A DNA stretch of 64,000 bases from assembly GCA_965230295.1 (NCBI GenBank), contig OZ246001.1:2656001-2720000 (forward strand). The letters are read 5' to 3'. The translations under genes and the position numbers were made by a program. Of this stretch, positions 21,305-31,246 are shown in pieces. The notes beneath the pieces are model-generated. The model ran no database searches, was not told where the DNA came from, and was given only the letters and a program-made list of their open reading frames with translations. Source of the DNA: Marinicella sp. (lineage in GTDB: Bacteria; Pseudomonadota; Gammaproteobacteria; Xanthomonadales; Marinicellaceae). Within the stretch, counting starts at the first letter, position 1. Every line of letters starts with the position of its first letter.

Positions 21305-22159
21305 TCATGTTCTGATTGATTGCTCAGCTTGGTACACGGAGTAATCATCAGGTTCTTGTACATTGGTTTGACTCATGATCAAAGCAATGGTGGTGAAGTA
21401 GAGTGACTGCACAATCAGGTTCCAGTCTCGCATGTCTAATTTGGCCAGCCACATGTTGATGGTCAGGAATAAATTGGCCAATAACCAACCTAAGACCAAT
21501 AATTGACAGACCATGCGTTGTTGTTGAATGCGGTCAGGATGAGATTGGTGCGGGTCGGTTTTTTTGCCTCTTATCTGGGTTTGAATCAACACCAAAAAGA
21601 AAACATTCAGTCCCAGATTGAATAGGATGTTCCAGTACCCGGCGAATCCAGGGAAAGGGTTTTGTGCCATATAAATCACGGTTGCTATGTACCCCAGCAT
21701 GGAGATGAGGATGAAGCCCAACCATGTGATCGTCACATGGTCGGTCAGATTACGCGGTTGCAGTTGTGCAGAACGAACCGGATTGGTGTTCAGTTGACGC
21801 ATCATTTGGTGGTGTTTGATCCCTTGGGTGCCTAAATACAAAAACGGGGTGTACTGCATCAAGAAATACACGGACAGTGCACCCTGATTGTCCCAGCCCA
21901 ACAGTTCAGTTTGGGTGCTCCAATACAAATGGGCCAACATGGCCAAGCCGATTAACATCACCAGCGCATTGAAAGCGATGAACCGGTTCAAGACTTCATG
22001 CATGCGCTGCTGTGACACAGGATACAGCTTAGGATAATCTGCAGGTGGGTGTGCCTGCATTCTGCGGCTTAAACGCTGTCTTACCCACCCAGGAATCAAT
22101 GCCGAGATGGTGACAACTTGCAATAAGAAAACAGCATAAAATAAAGTGGTTTGTTGCAT
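21305..22159 (-). CDS. Multi-pass membrane protein, paralog of 22172..23035
   Basis: About 7 TM segments; YPKLYP, LQPRNL, DPHQS..DR motifs shared with neighbour. Confidence 0.85.
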   Translation of the reverse strand: MQQTTLFYAVFLLQVVTISALIPGWVRQRLSRRMQAHPPADYPKLYPVSQQRMHEVLNRFIAFNALVMLIGLAMLAHLYWSTQTELLGWDNQGALSVYFLMQYTPFLYLGTQGIKHHQMMRQLNTNPVRSAQLQPRNLTDHVTITWLGFILISMLGYIATVIYMAQNPFPGFAGYWNILFNLGLNVFFLVLIQTQIRGKKTDPHQSHPDRIQQQRMVCQLLVLGWLLANLFLTINMWLAKLDMRDWNLIVQSLYFTTIALIMSQTNVQEPDDYSVYQAEQSIRT

Positions 22160-22171
22160 GATATTCTCCTG

Positions 22172-23035
22172 TTATCCGTTGGTTGGGTTGGCTTTATAGA
22201 CATCAAAATCCATGTCTTTCAAACAGTTGTTGTTGAGCATGAAACCCATTGAAATGATCACCAGCATTTGTAAGAACAGGCTCATCATGATTGGCATCAC
22301 TGATTTCAATTGGTAGGCTTCGACCATCAACGCCAGCATCATGAATACATGGCAAGCGATCAATGTGTAACAGAAAGACTTGATCACCATGCTCACTGTT
22401 TTATGTCGATCATCATTCGATTGATAGGGGTCTTTGACTTTGCCGCCAATCAACCATTTGCTCATGGCATAAAAAAACACGAAGCCAACCACCAAAACGC
22501 CGCACATCGATAATGTTTTGGTGCTTGAATTCAAGGTTTGGTTCTCGATGATCAGGCCTAAGATCATGAATGCCAGGAACGTCAAGGGCACCAGACTCAG
22601 TAAATGTGGTGACACATAGTCCAAAATCCCCCTGGGTGTCAGCTGGGCTGTTTTGATGGTTCTTTGGTCTTGCTGTTTCATCAACTTTGCCAAGCGCATG
22701 CCAAACACCTCTAACAACTGGCTTGGAATCATTTGCCACATGAAATAACCCCAGGGTAACAAGGGGTGTACACCTTCTTCACCCACCCATTGGCCTGTAT
22801 AAATGAAGTACAAGATCACCCAGCCCAGGATGAAATTAATGCCATTAAGCCAGCGGTATATGTTCATGTTCCGGGTGAAGAATTCTGAAGACTTGGGGTA
22901 GAGCTTTGGGTGTGTGCTGGCCGGGTAGTTTTCCAAAACATAGGCCGATCGTTTCAGCACACGCCAAGGGAAGTAGGCTGAAAGTAAAATGATTTGTAGG
23001 CTGAATACCACCATGAATAAAGATAATTCAGTCAT
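22172..23035 (-). CDS. Multi-pass membrane protein, paralog of 21305..22159
   Basis: About 7 TM segments; HPKLYP, LTPRGI, DPYQS..DR motifs. Confidence 0.85.
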   Translation of the reverse strand: MTELSLFMVVFSLQIILLSAYFPWRVLKRSAYVLENYPASTHPKLYPKSSEFFTRNMNIYRWLNGINFILGWVILYFIYTGQWVGEEGVHPLLPWGYFMWQMIPSQLLEVFGMRLAKLMKQQDQRTIKTAQLTPRGILDYVSPHLLSLVPLTFLAFMILGLIIENQTLNSSTKTLSMCGVLVVGFVFFYAMSKWLIGGKVKDPYQSNDDRHKTVSMVIKSFCYTLIACHVFMMLALMVEAYQLKSVMPIMMSLFLQMLVIISMGFMLNNNCLKDMDFDVYKANPTNG

Positions 23036-23036
23036 G

Positions 23037-23420
23037 TTATGCTCCTGTTAATTGGTTAAGTACATCGGCAAAAGCGATGCGAATTTCTGAATCGGTTACG
23101 CCGGCCTGTTTGAATGCAGTGATGGTTTGAGTCAATTCTTTCATCACCCAGGCATTCAGATCTACCGTACAGTTGTCTTTGGCTTCTGGATGTATAAAGG
23201 TGCCCCGATAACCTTTGGTAACGATCACCGAATCCCGCTCCAGCAAGCGATAGGCTTTGGCCACCGTTTTGTTGTTCATGTCCAGATCATTGGCCAATTG
23301 TCTGATTGAAGGCAGTGGATCGCCTGGTTCAACCTGGTTGCTCTGGACCGCTTGTTTGATCTGCATCACCAGTTGCGAAAACAGGGGTGTTGCACTTTCT
23401 ATGTCGATTGTTATTTCCAT
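23037..23420 (-). CDS. GntR family regulator, YtrA subfamily
   Basis: 127 aa, PLFSQL, PGDPLPSIRQLA, TVAKAYRLLE, short C-terminus. Confidence 0.93.
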   Translation of the reverse strand: MEITIDIESATPLFSQLVMQIKQAVQSNQVEPGDPLPSIRQLANDLDMNNKTVAKAYRLLERDSVIVTKGYRGTFIHPEAKDNCTVDLNAWVMKELTQTITAFKQAGVTDSEIRIAFADVLNQLTGA

Positions 23421-23433
23421 CGTTTAGATGTCC

Positions 23434-23465
23434 CATATGTACCGTGTGTACTAATGGTACAACTG
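23434..23465. promoter_or_regulatory. Putative GntR autoregulatory operator
   Basis: TGTACC-N12-GGTACA inverted repeat with a third internal GTAC, just upstream of the gntR start. Confidence 0.55.
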
Positions 23466-23744
23466 GAACAATATGAAAGTCAAGAAGATTTTACGCGCTC
23501 TACACCTGTGGGACTACAACTAAACCTTTTACTTTTCTGCAACTAACCCCTTTATTTTCCAAATAAATCATTTATTTAGCTTCCTCTCGAAATAAGTCTA
23601 AAAAGTATTTTTCAGAAATGAAAAATTCAAAAAAAATTTTAATGGATATTAATAAAAACAACACTTAAAGGATAGGAAAGGTCTGAAATGTTAGATAAAA
23701 GTGGAAAGAATCGAGAAAAAAGTAATATGTAACTAGGTACTGAA

Positions 23745-24422
23745 TTATTTCAATGTCTCACTATCATGAATAGCAGTAACTAATATTACCTCAGTAAAGC
23801 TTACTAAGAATTCAGCTGAAACAAAGAACCTTAATATTTTTCCATTATCTATATATAAGTCATTAGAGTATTCATGGCATATTAAATGCCTTATTGTGAA
23901 TAATTCTTTAATTGATTTTATGAAATCATCTCGATTTTCTCTTAAACTTATTGGATCTTCATCAGTATATAATTCAAATTCGCTACTACATACATGATCA
24001 ATGAAATCAACCTCTAGCAAAGCGCTCATTGCTTTGTTTATATCATCTAGGCTACTGATACTTAAAAAATGTGAAACATAGTCACCTAATGAAATTTCTT
24101 TTTTCTGTATAGCAGCAGCAATATCTAGGTTCAGCTTTACATTACTTAGATTAGTGACTCTTTCAATAAAAGGTGTGCCAGAGTTGATTAGATCTGCAAT
24201 AGCGGATCTAAAATATCCTTCTATTCCTGCAACAATCGCAACTGGATAGTATCGTGATAACTCAGGGTTAATAGTTTTAGATTCTTTTGCTTCTAAACCC
24301 ATCAAAAGTAAGTGTGAATTTCTAACACAGTCAGTTCTTAATATGTATGATTTTAATCTCTCATCACACTCAGATCTGACTTTCTTATCCAGGATTTCTT
24401 GTAATATGTTTCTTTTTGACAT
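23745..24422 (-). CDS. HEPN-domain protein (putative RNase)
   Basis: N-terminal helix VAGIEGYF and R-x4-H motif RHLICH; AT-rich. Confidence 0.75.
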   Translation of the reverse strand: MSKRNILQEILDKKVRSECDERLKSYILRTDCVRNSHLLLMGLEAKESKTINPELSRYYPVAIVAGIEGYFRSAIADLINSGTPFIERVTNLSNVKLNLDIAAAIQKKEISLGDYVSHFLSISSLDDINKAMSALLEVDFIDHVCSSEFELYTDEDPISLRENRDDFIKSIKELFTIRHLICHEYSNDLYIDNGKILRFFVSAEFLVSFTEVILVTAIHDSETLK

Positions 24423-24480
24423 AGCTATATAGCATTCAATATAGTTATTTTTAAATTAGATCCCTAAAAAGGCTTTTTAA

Positions 24481-25452
24481 TCATTTAATTGAAAGATCTA
24501 AAATTGATGCTCTGTCTGACTCATTTAGAATTGAATACTTTGCACAATGCATTTCTTCTGGATCAATTGAATCTGAATAAACCTTGATTTTGTGATCAGC
24601 GGTCGATATTGAAGTTGCAAGTCCAGTTACATCCATTTCAAACAAAGAGTTAAGCATCTCGTGTGTTTCTTTAGGGAACGACTTTTTATAAGTATCATTA
24701 TATACAGGTTTGAAATATCGAATTAAGGATGCTTCAACAAGGTCGATCCTATTTTTACGAGTGTATTTGGCTTCTAGAAGATCAAACAATCTATTCTCAT
24801 TTGACTCAAAGCTAAAAGTTGGTTGTACAATTCCTCCTGCATAAATGAAGTTTTTATATTCGAGAAAATCGTAAAGCAATATTAAAACTTCTTGATCAGG
24901 ATAATCGTTATTGATATCAGCTAACACTTTTTGAAGAGATCCATGTCCTTGCTTTCCTGTTCTTCCTATGAGGCGTTTAATGGCATTAGAACTACCATTT
25001 TTTCCGAATGATTGTCCTATATATTCTATTTTTAGATTTACAAACTCATCTAGCTTGTGATCAGAATGAGTGATAACGTCTTGAAGACGAATATACTGGG
25101 GTGTTTTATAGCTAGCTAATTTTAAACAAAGAACATTGAATGGATATTCCACTTCATAAATTTGTAAAACCTTTTCATCATATGGAAGTTTAAATTTAAA
25201 TGGTCTAGTATCAATTGTGAATTTATTGTGAACTAAAAAATTACCTGTTAATTCATTGCTACACTTAGAAATTTTAAGTGATGGTTGATCAAAAGAAATG
25301 CGGTTTCTTGTGGATACTAAATAAATATTATGATTTACAAGTATTTTAGAAATCTCTTCATCTAGTTTATAAAGTTCAGCTGGTTTGAATATATAAGGTT
25401 CAGCTGAGAATAATTCCAGCAAACCTTCAACTGCGTGTTTTCTAATTTTCAT
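24481..25452 (-). CDS. Hypothetical protein with GIY-YIG-like nuclease motifs
   Basis: YIGQS..KRL..H..EASLIRYFKPVYN order matches the YIG/R/E/N pattern; AT-rich. Confidence 0.65.
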   Translation of the reverse strand: MKIRKHAVEGLLELFSAEPYIFKPAELYKLDEEISKILVNHNIYLVSTRNRISFDQPSLKISKCSNELTGNFLVHNKFTIDTRPFKFKLPYDEKVLQIYEVEYPFNVLCLKLASYKTPQYIRLQDVITHSDHKLDEFVNLKIEYIGQSFGKNGSSNAIKRLIGRTGKQGHGSLQKVLADINNDYPDQEVLILLYDFLEYKNFIYAGGIVQPTFSFESNENRLFDLLEAKYTRKNRIDLVEASLIRYFKPVYNDTYKKSFPKETHEMLNSLFEMDVTGLATSISTADHKIKVYSDSIDPEEMHCAKYSILNESDRASILDLSIK

Positions 25453-26161
25453 AATTGTAATTATTATACAATTAATTTGCTAAATATTTAGCTTTCTCTC
25501 AAAGTATGAATTATGAGAATTTTATTTTTATAATCTTCAAGCGGTCTGGCTTAGCTGATTTAAGGAACTAAACATGTAAAATCTTATAAAAAAACAATAG
25601 AGTCAGACTATATAGATAGTATTGTTGCACGAGAACTTTTAAAGCAATTATTGTCAACCGTTAAACAAATCCCAGGGGCATCTTATTTACAATTAGGGTT
25701 TGTTGCATCTTTTCTGGAAAGCTCATAAAAAATGCCACAGGGATAACACCAAAGCAAATTTTTGAATTAATAATTGTCGTAGAGGCAACTGAAAAAATTG
25801 TTAATGAGATGTCTTTAGAAGACAAAGAAATATATGACTTAATAAAAGCGAATCCAAATTGTCAAATAACAATCATTTCCAGGTTTAGGATAATTTTAAA
25901 GAATCAAATGATTGATTGAATGAATTTCTAGTTCCATTCATACAAAATGTTTAAAAAGCCCTATTGATAATAGTGGATAGTAATCCAAATATGTATCAAT
26001 TTGTAACAGTTTTGTAATCATAAATAAATCAGCTTTTAATAAGGGAAAACATTGTATGGATCGCTACTATTGATCTGAGTTGTGTTTGCCCATCTCTATA
26101 TGGACTATCTATAGCTTTGTAATAATTGAGGCAATCTGTAATGAATAAACAGGAGTTGATA

Positions 26162-27586
26162 ATGAATAAAAATAAAACCAGTCTTTTGCTTCTTACCTAT
26201 TTAGTTCTTTGTTCGCTAACGAGCAAAGCAGTACAAGTCAGCCCAACCGGCACAGGAGAAGTTCTTATATATCCTTACTACTCTGTTAACAATGGTTTGA
26301 ACACACTTTACTCAGTAGTTAATACCACGCCTGACACAAAGGCAATTAAAGTTCAATTCTTGGAGGGAAATAACGCCGAAGAAACACTTGATTTCAATGT
26401 ATATTTGTCAGCATATGATGTTTGGACTGGGGCTTTAATACCATCAACGTCCAATCAAGCTGACCATTCTGGCGAGCCCTCAGCGACTCATATATCCAAT
26501 GATGCATCGTGTACACCTTTCCTTGTAAAGGATGGCCAGGAGTTTTTGCCTTTTCAAATAGATTATGATGATTTATCGGTTCAACAGGAAAACACCAGTA
26601 TGCAACGAGCCAGAGAAGGACATTTCATCATCATTGAAATGGCTTCATTCAGCCAATCTGGCACGGGTACAAATGTTGTCGATTGGGCCGATCATAGAAA
26701 TGTTGGTGTCCCTGCCAGTTGTGCCGCTATTGTGGGTGATTGGAGTGACAATGGCGAATGGGACTCTGGAGGAGAAGAAAACCCCACAGGGGGGCTGTTT
26801 GGAACAGCATCATTGGTAGATGTAGCACAAGGCATCAGCTACACGTATGATGCATTGGCATTGATTAATTTTTGGCAAGGAAGTGCCTATCATACGGAAC
26901 CTGGCTCATTGGAACCAAATCTGAGCGATGCTTATCCGGAATCAAAAGTGATTTTAGCTTCTGGTGATAATGTAACATCACAATGGAATTCCGGCTATCA
27001 AGCGGTTTCATCTGTATTGATGAGTGCTGAAATCATGAATGAATATGCCCTTGAGACAGCTGTGAATGGTCAAACTGAATGGGTGGTCAGTTTTCCTACC
27101 AAGAGGCACCATTTAGAGGGTGAAATAAGAGCGCCATTTTTCAATGATTGGGATGGAATGGATGCATGTGAGGGAGTGGCAATACAACTTTTGGACAGAA
27201 ATCAATACCACCACATATTTAATACTATCTGTCCTATATTTTGTGGCCTAATTGACCCCAGACCTCAGTTATGTCAGTCAAGTACTGTCGTTGAATTTTT
27301 TCTTCCACGATCACTGACAAGTGATGAGTCCAGAGTACTTGGATCAAATAATTTGCTTCAACTAGAGTCACCACATGGTGATAACACCACTGAGAGTGGA
27401 TGGGCGAAGATTGATTTTGTTGATGACGAACATCAGATGGCATCATTAGAAGGTCATGTGTTCCATGGGCTACCCGCATTGGGTTTTTCAGTTCAAAAAT
27501 ACACCAACTCTCAAGCACAAGCTGGATTATTGGCACAGTATGGGGGGCTCTTTAAACATAAACACACCCTAAGAATTGAGCAGTAA
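26162..27586 (+). CDS. Secreted cell-surface (S-layer-like) protein
   Basis: Signal peptide; GTGEVLIYPYY, KAIKVQFLEG, LDFNVYLSAYDVW motifs recalled from gammaproteobacterial cell-surface proteins; AGGAG RBS. Confidence 0.7.
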   Translation: MNKNKTSLLLLTYLVLCSLTSKAVQVSPTGTGEVLIYPYYSVNNGLNTLYSVVNTTPDTKAIKVQFLEGNNAEETLDFNVYLSAYDVWTGALIPSTSNQADHSGEPSATHISNDASCTPFLVKDGQEFLPFQIDYDDLSVQQENTSMQRAREGHFIIIEMASFSQSGTGTNVVDWADHRNVGVPASCAAIVGDWSDNGEWDSGGEENPTGGLFGTASLVDVAQGISYTYDALALINFWQGSAYHTEPGSLEPNLSDAYPESKVILASGDNVTSQWNSGYQAVSSVLMSAEIMNEYALETAVNGQTEWVVSFPTKRHHLEGEIRAPFFNDWDGMDACEGVAIQLLDRNQYHHIFNTICPIFCGLIDPRPQLCQSSTVVEFFLPRSLTSDESRVLGSNNLLQLESPHGDNTTESGWAKIDFVDDEHQMASLEGHVFHGLPALGFSVQKYTNSQAQAGLLAQYGGLFKHKHTLRIEQ

Positions 27587-28116
27587 TGGATGGTCGGATG
27601 TAATTCCTGGCAAATCTTTCAAAACATACAATTTAAAATCCTCTCGAGCCATGGCTTGATAATGGATTTATTTCTTATTGTAAGGGTAGTTACCACATAG
27701 CTACATAAAGGGCCAACTTTTAACAATTAAAGAGGCATTGCCCCCTATTAGTTAGCAAGGACGTATCAACCTAAGATGATCAACAGTGCTTGAGCATGCA
27801 CATTTCCGAACAAAAAGATCAGCGCTAAATCAGGTTTTGATCAGGACTTTATTGTGATGTTATTTGATAATTTACAGTAAGGAGCCATGCACGAAATCTA
27901 TACGCTATACCGTTGCATGACTCTTTAGCTGGAAAGCACGGGTGGCGGAGTTTTTGCTCAAGCCCTATTCTACCCCGTCTCCCTTGTTTCCCACGCTTGT
28001 AGGGCTCTGATTTCAAAAACAACAATGTGTTATTCAGAACAAATGCCTGTCTTTACAACTATATGGTCATTACCCTTGATAAAGAGGTATGCGCCCTGAA
28101 CCTAAGGAATATAAAG

Positions 28117-29382
28117 ATGATAAAAAACTGTTCTCACTTAAAAAAAACGGCCCTGGTTTCTGCCTTGCTGCTAGAAATGGGTGCGGGGGCACAAGCGGCC
28201 AACATCGCCGTTGATGGCACCACTTGTAACTTAGCGGATGCCATCACTGCCGCCAATATGGATACTCCTACAGGGGGGTGTTCAGCTGGAGCGGGGGATG
28301 ATGTCCTGGATTTAGATTTGGGTGGTAGCCCATTTGTACTAACAGCTCAATTGCCTGATATCAGTTCCAATGTCACAATCAATGGTAATGGCGCAACAGT
28401 CTCTCGAGATGCCGGGGCGCTTGAATTCAACGTGTTCAACATAAATGGCACCAACACCACTTCAATTTTAAATGACCTAACAATCACGGGTGGAAACAGT
28501 CCCGTTAATTTTGGAGGTGGTTTATTTGCTGGATTTGGAACGACTGTTGAAATTAATAATTGCACCATCACAGACAACATGGGTGGTGGTGTATTGTTCA
28601 ACAACAGCAGTAATGCGACGCTCAGAAATTCTCTGATTGATAACAACACAGGAAACATGGCATTTTTGCTTGATGGAGCAGGCGTTGGTATAGCTGGTGG
28701 TAATGTGGATATCATTAACACAACCATTACAAGAAATTACAATCCAGCATACATTTCAGGAGGTGGTGGCGGTATCTTTATCTCTGATTCTTTCGGTCCA
28801 GTAACAGTTGGCATAACCAACAGCACCATTTCTGGCAACACTGCCACAGCTAGAGGTGGTGGAATCTCCAGCGAGGGTGGTGGCCTTGGTATAGATTTGA
28901 ATTTGAATAACGTCACGGTCACTTTGAATTCATCTGCTGGCAATGGTGGTGGTATTTATAGCAGTTATACGGATATTGCCGTTTCTCAATCTTTGATTTC
29001 TGGCAATACGGCAGCGGTATCCAATCAATGGGAATCTACAGGTGCATCTTACGTGACAGTTAATGCATACAACATCTTTGGAGAAAGCAATGCCGCGGGG
29101 TTGACAGGAGTGACTCCGGGTGTTTATGACATCATACCAACAGTTGGTGTTGCGGAGATTTTTGACACCAACTTAACAGACAACGGCGGTGCAACACCAA
29201 CCCATGCATTGATCGCCAATGGCCCTGCTTTAGACGCGATTGCCGCATGTTTACTGAGCACTGATCAAACGGGTAAATCCAGACCCATCGATGGAGATGC
29301 AGATGGCAATGCATTGTGCGATGTGGGGGCCTTCGAAAACATCTACCCCGATGTGATTTTCACTGATGGGTTTGAAAACTGA
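28117..29382 (+). CDS. Secreted beta-helix protein with choice-of-anchor Q-like domain and C-terminal DVIFTDGFE tag
   Basis: Signal peptide, GGG[IL] and NSTISGN repeats, LTDNGGATPTHAL..DQ.G..R..CDVGAFE. Confidence 0.85.
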   Translation: MIKNCSHLKKTALVSALLLEMGAGAQAANIAVDGTTCNLADAITAANMDTPTGGCSAGAGDDVLDLDLGGSPFVLTAQLPDISSNVTINGNGATVSRDAGALEFNVFNINGTNTTSILNDLTITGGNSPVNFGGGLFAGFGTTVEINNCTITDNMGGGVLFNNSSNATLRNSLIDNNTGNMAFLLDGAGVGIAGGNVDIINTTITRNYNPAYISGGGGGIFISDSFGPVTVGITNSTISGNTATARGGGISSEGGGLGIDLNLNNVTVTLNSSAGNGGGIYSSYTDIAVSQSLISGNTAAVSNQWESTGASYVTVNAYNIFGESNAAGLTGVTPGVYDIIPTVGVAEIFDTNLTDNGGATPTHALIANGPALDAIAACLLSTDQTGKSRPIDGDADGNALCDVGAFENIYPDVIFTDGFEN

Positions 29383-29643
29383 CGATGCTCAGCTGAAACC
29401 TTAAAAACTTAAGTACATTGATGGTGCATGGTCAAAAAAGGGGTGTGCAGTCAAATGGGGCGAAAACAGACAAACATCAGGAAATGAATAGGATTCCATT
29501 AAGTGTTTTACTACTGCGATCAGCATAATCAATACTGTTCTGATTCTTTTGTTGGTGAAATTGTGGTGAACATCAACACCTGTAGAAGTTGCGATGGTGA
29601 TGTAAGCATCAAATCTTATCAGTCTGTTTGTTAGAGAAAACCC

Positions 29644-30735
29644 ATGAAAAAATATGTAAAACACCTGGTGGTAACCGCTTTTTTAGCTCTGGTTCATTTA
29701 TCGTCCCTGGCGCAATTTCCTTCAAACCTGGATCTATCCACTCTGGATGGCAACAATGGATTTGTCATCAATGATGTTAGTGGTTTGGCTGGTTTTTCAG
29801 TCAGCGATGCAGGGGATGTCAATGGTGATGGTATCGATGATGTGATCCTGGGGGCTCCTTTTTCTGGTCCAGATACGAACAGACCAACCGGTGTCAGTTA
29901 TGTGGTTTATGGAACAAATGGCGGTTTTACTGGTTCCATAGATCTGTCCAGCCTCGACGGGATAGATGGCTTTACATTGAATGGTATCTCACCAGATGAT
30001 GTGGCTGGTTGGTCAGTTAGCACAGCGGGTGATGTTAATGCCGACGGATTCGATGATATGATCATTGGTGCTCATGATGTTGAGACAAGCGGAGGTAACA
30101 CTTATGTGGTTTTTGGAAGTGATCAAAACTTTCCCCCCTTTATTAACTTGTCCGACCTTAATGGAATCAATGGATTTACCTTGGGAGGTACTGATGATTA
30201 TGATCTGACTGGTTGGTCTGTCAGCACAGCCGGTGATGTCAATGGTGATGGCTTCGATGATGTGATCATTGGGGCCCCTTTTGCTGATCCCAATGGCAGT
30301 GGGTCTGGTAGCAATTATGTGGTGTTTGGAAAGAGTGCTTTCTCAAATTATTTTGATTTATCCACCCTGGATGGGAGCAATGGATTTACACTTCATGGTG
30401 CATCTCGTGATGAATTGGGCCATTCTGTCAGTGGTGCAGGTGATGTCAATGGCGATGGCATTGATGATCTGGTCTTTGGTGCTCCTTTAGAACATAGCAG
30501 CTATGTGCTGTTTGGAACCACCATGGGATTTCCTTCAACCATCAATTCGTTTGACTTAAATGGAGACAATGGCTTTACCCTGAATGGTATCGCAATCGGA
30601 TGGTTTGTCAGTACAGCAGGCGATGTCAATGATGATGGCATTGATGACCTGATCATTGGCGCTTTTGGTGCGGAAAGCAACCCTGTGGTATTTGGTGATG
30701 ATGGTATTTTTACTGATGGTTTTGAACAGGACTGA
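29644..30735 (+). CDS. Secreted FG-GAP/integrin-alpha repeat protein with C-terminal DGIFTDGFE tag
   Basis: Five G.SVS.AGDVNGDG.DD.I.GA repeats; signal peptide. Confidence 0.92.
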   Translation: MKKYVKHLVVTAFLALVHLSSLAQFPSNLDLSTLDGNNGFVINDVSGLAGFSVSDAGDVNGDGIDDVILGAPFSGPDTNRPTGVSYVVYGTNGGFTGSIDLSSLDGIDGFTLNGISPDDVAGWSVSTAGDVNADGFDDMIIGAHDVETSGGNTYVVFGSDQNFPPFINLSDLNGINGFTLGGTDDYDLTGWSVSTAGDVNGDGFDDVIIGAPFADPNGSGSGSNYVVFGKSAFSNYFDLSTLDGSNGFTLHGASRDELGHSVSGAGDVNGDGIDDLVFGAPLEHSSYVLFGTTMGFPSTINSFDLNGDNGFTLNGIAIGWFVSTAGDVNDDGIDDLIIGAFGAESNPVVFGDDGIFTDGFEQD

Positions 30736-30891
30736 TGCGCCGAGAATGATTTATCTTGAAATCAAATGCTCTTGATCTGATACTTGATATTCAGTGAGTT
30801 GTGTATCCCGTCAGCACCATATGGACCAAATAGGCCAAATCACTAAGAGATAGTTTCGGTTCATTGTAAACTTTAAATACTGGAGTAAACA

Positions 30892-31246
30892 ATGAAGAAA
30901 ACCAAAGCAGAAAAACCGTACGAGACATCCGTCGTCGTACGCGCAAACATTATTCAGCCGAAGATAAAATTCGCATAGTGATCGAAGGGCTGCGTGCGAG
31001 GACGGCATATCAGCTCTGTGCCGTCGCGAAGGGATCAATGCGAACTTGTATTACCGTTGGTCCAAAGAGTTTCTGGAAGCTGGTAAGAAACATTTGGCTG
31101 GCGATACAGTACGCGAAGCCAGCTCTGAAGAAGTCAAAGAACTTCGTGCTGAAACTTTGTCACTGAAAGAAGCCTTGGCTGAAACCGTGCTTGAGAATCG
31201 CTTGCTTAAAAAAAGCATGATTAGCGATTGTGGCGACGATACGTGA
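30892..31246 (+). pseudogene. IS3 orfA with two single-base frameshifts
   Basis: Reads MKKTKAEK / TVRDIRRRTRKHYSAEDKIRIVIEGLR / EDGISALCRREGINANLYYRWSKEFLEAGK across three frames. Confidence 0.85.
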
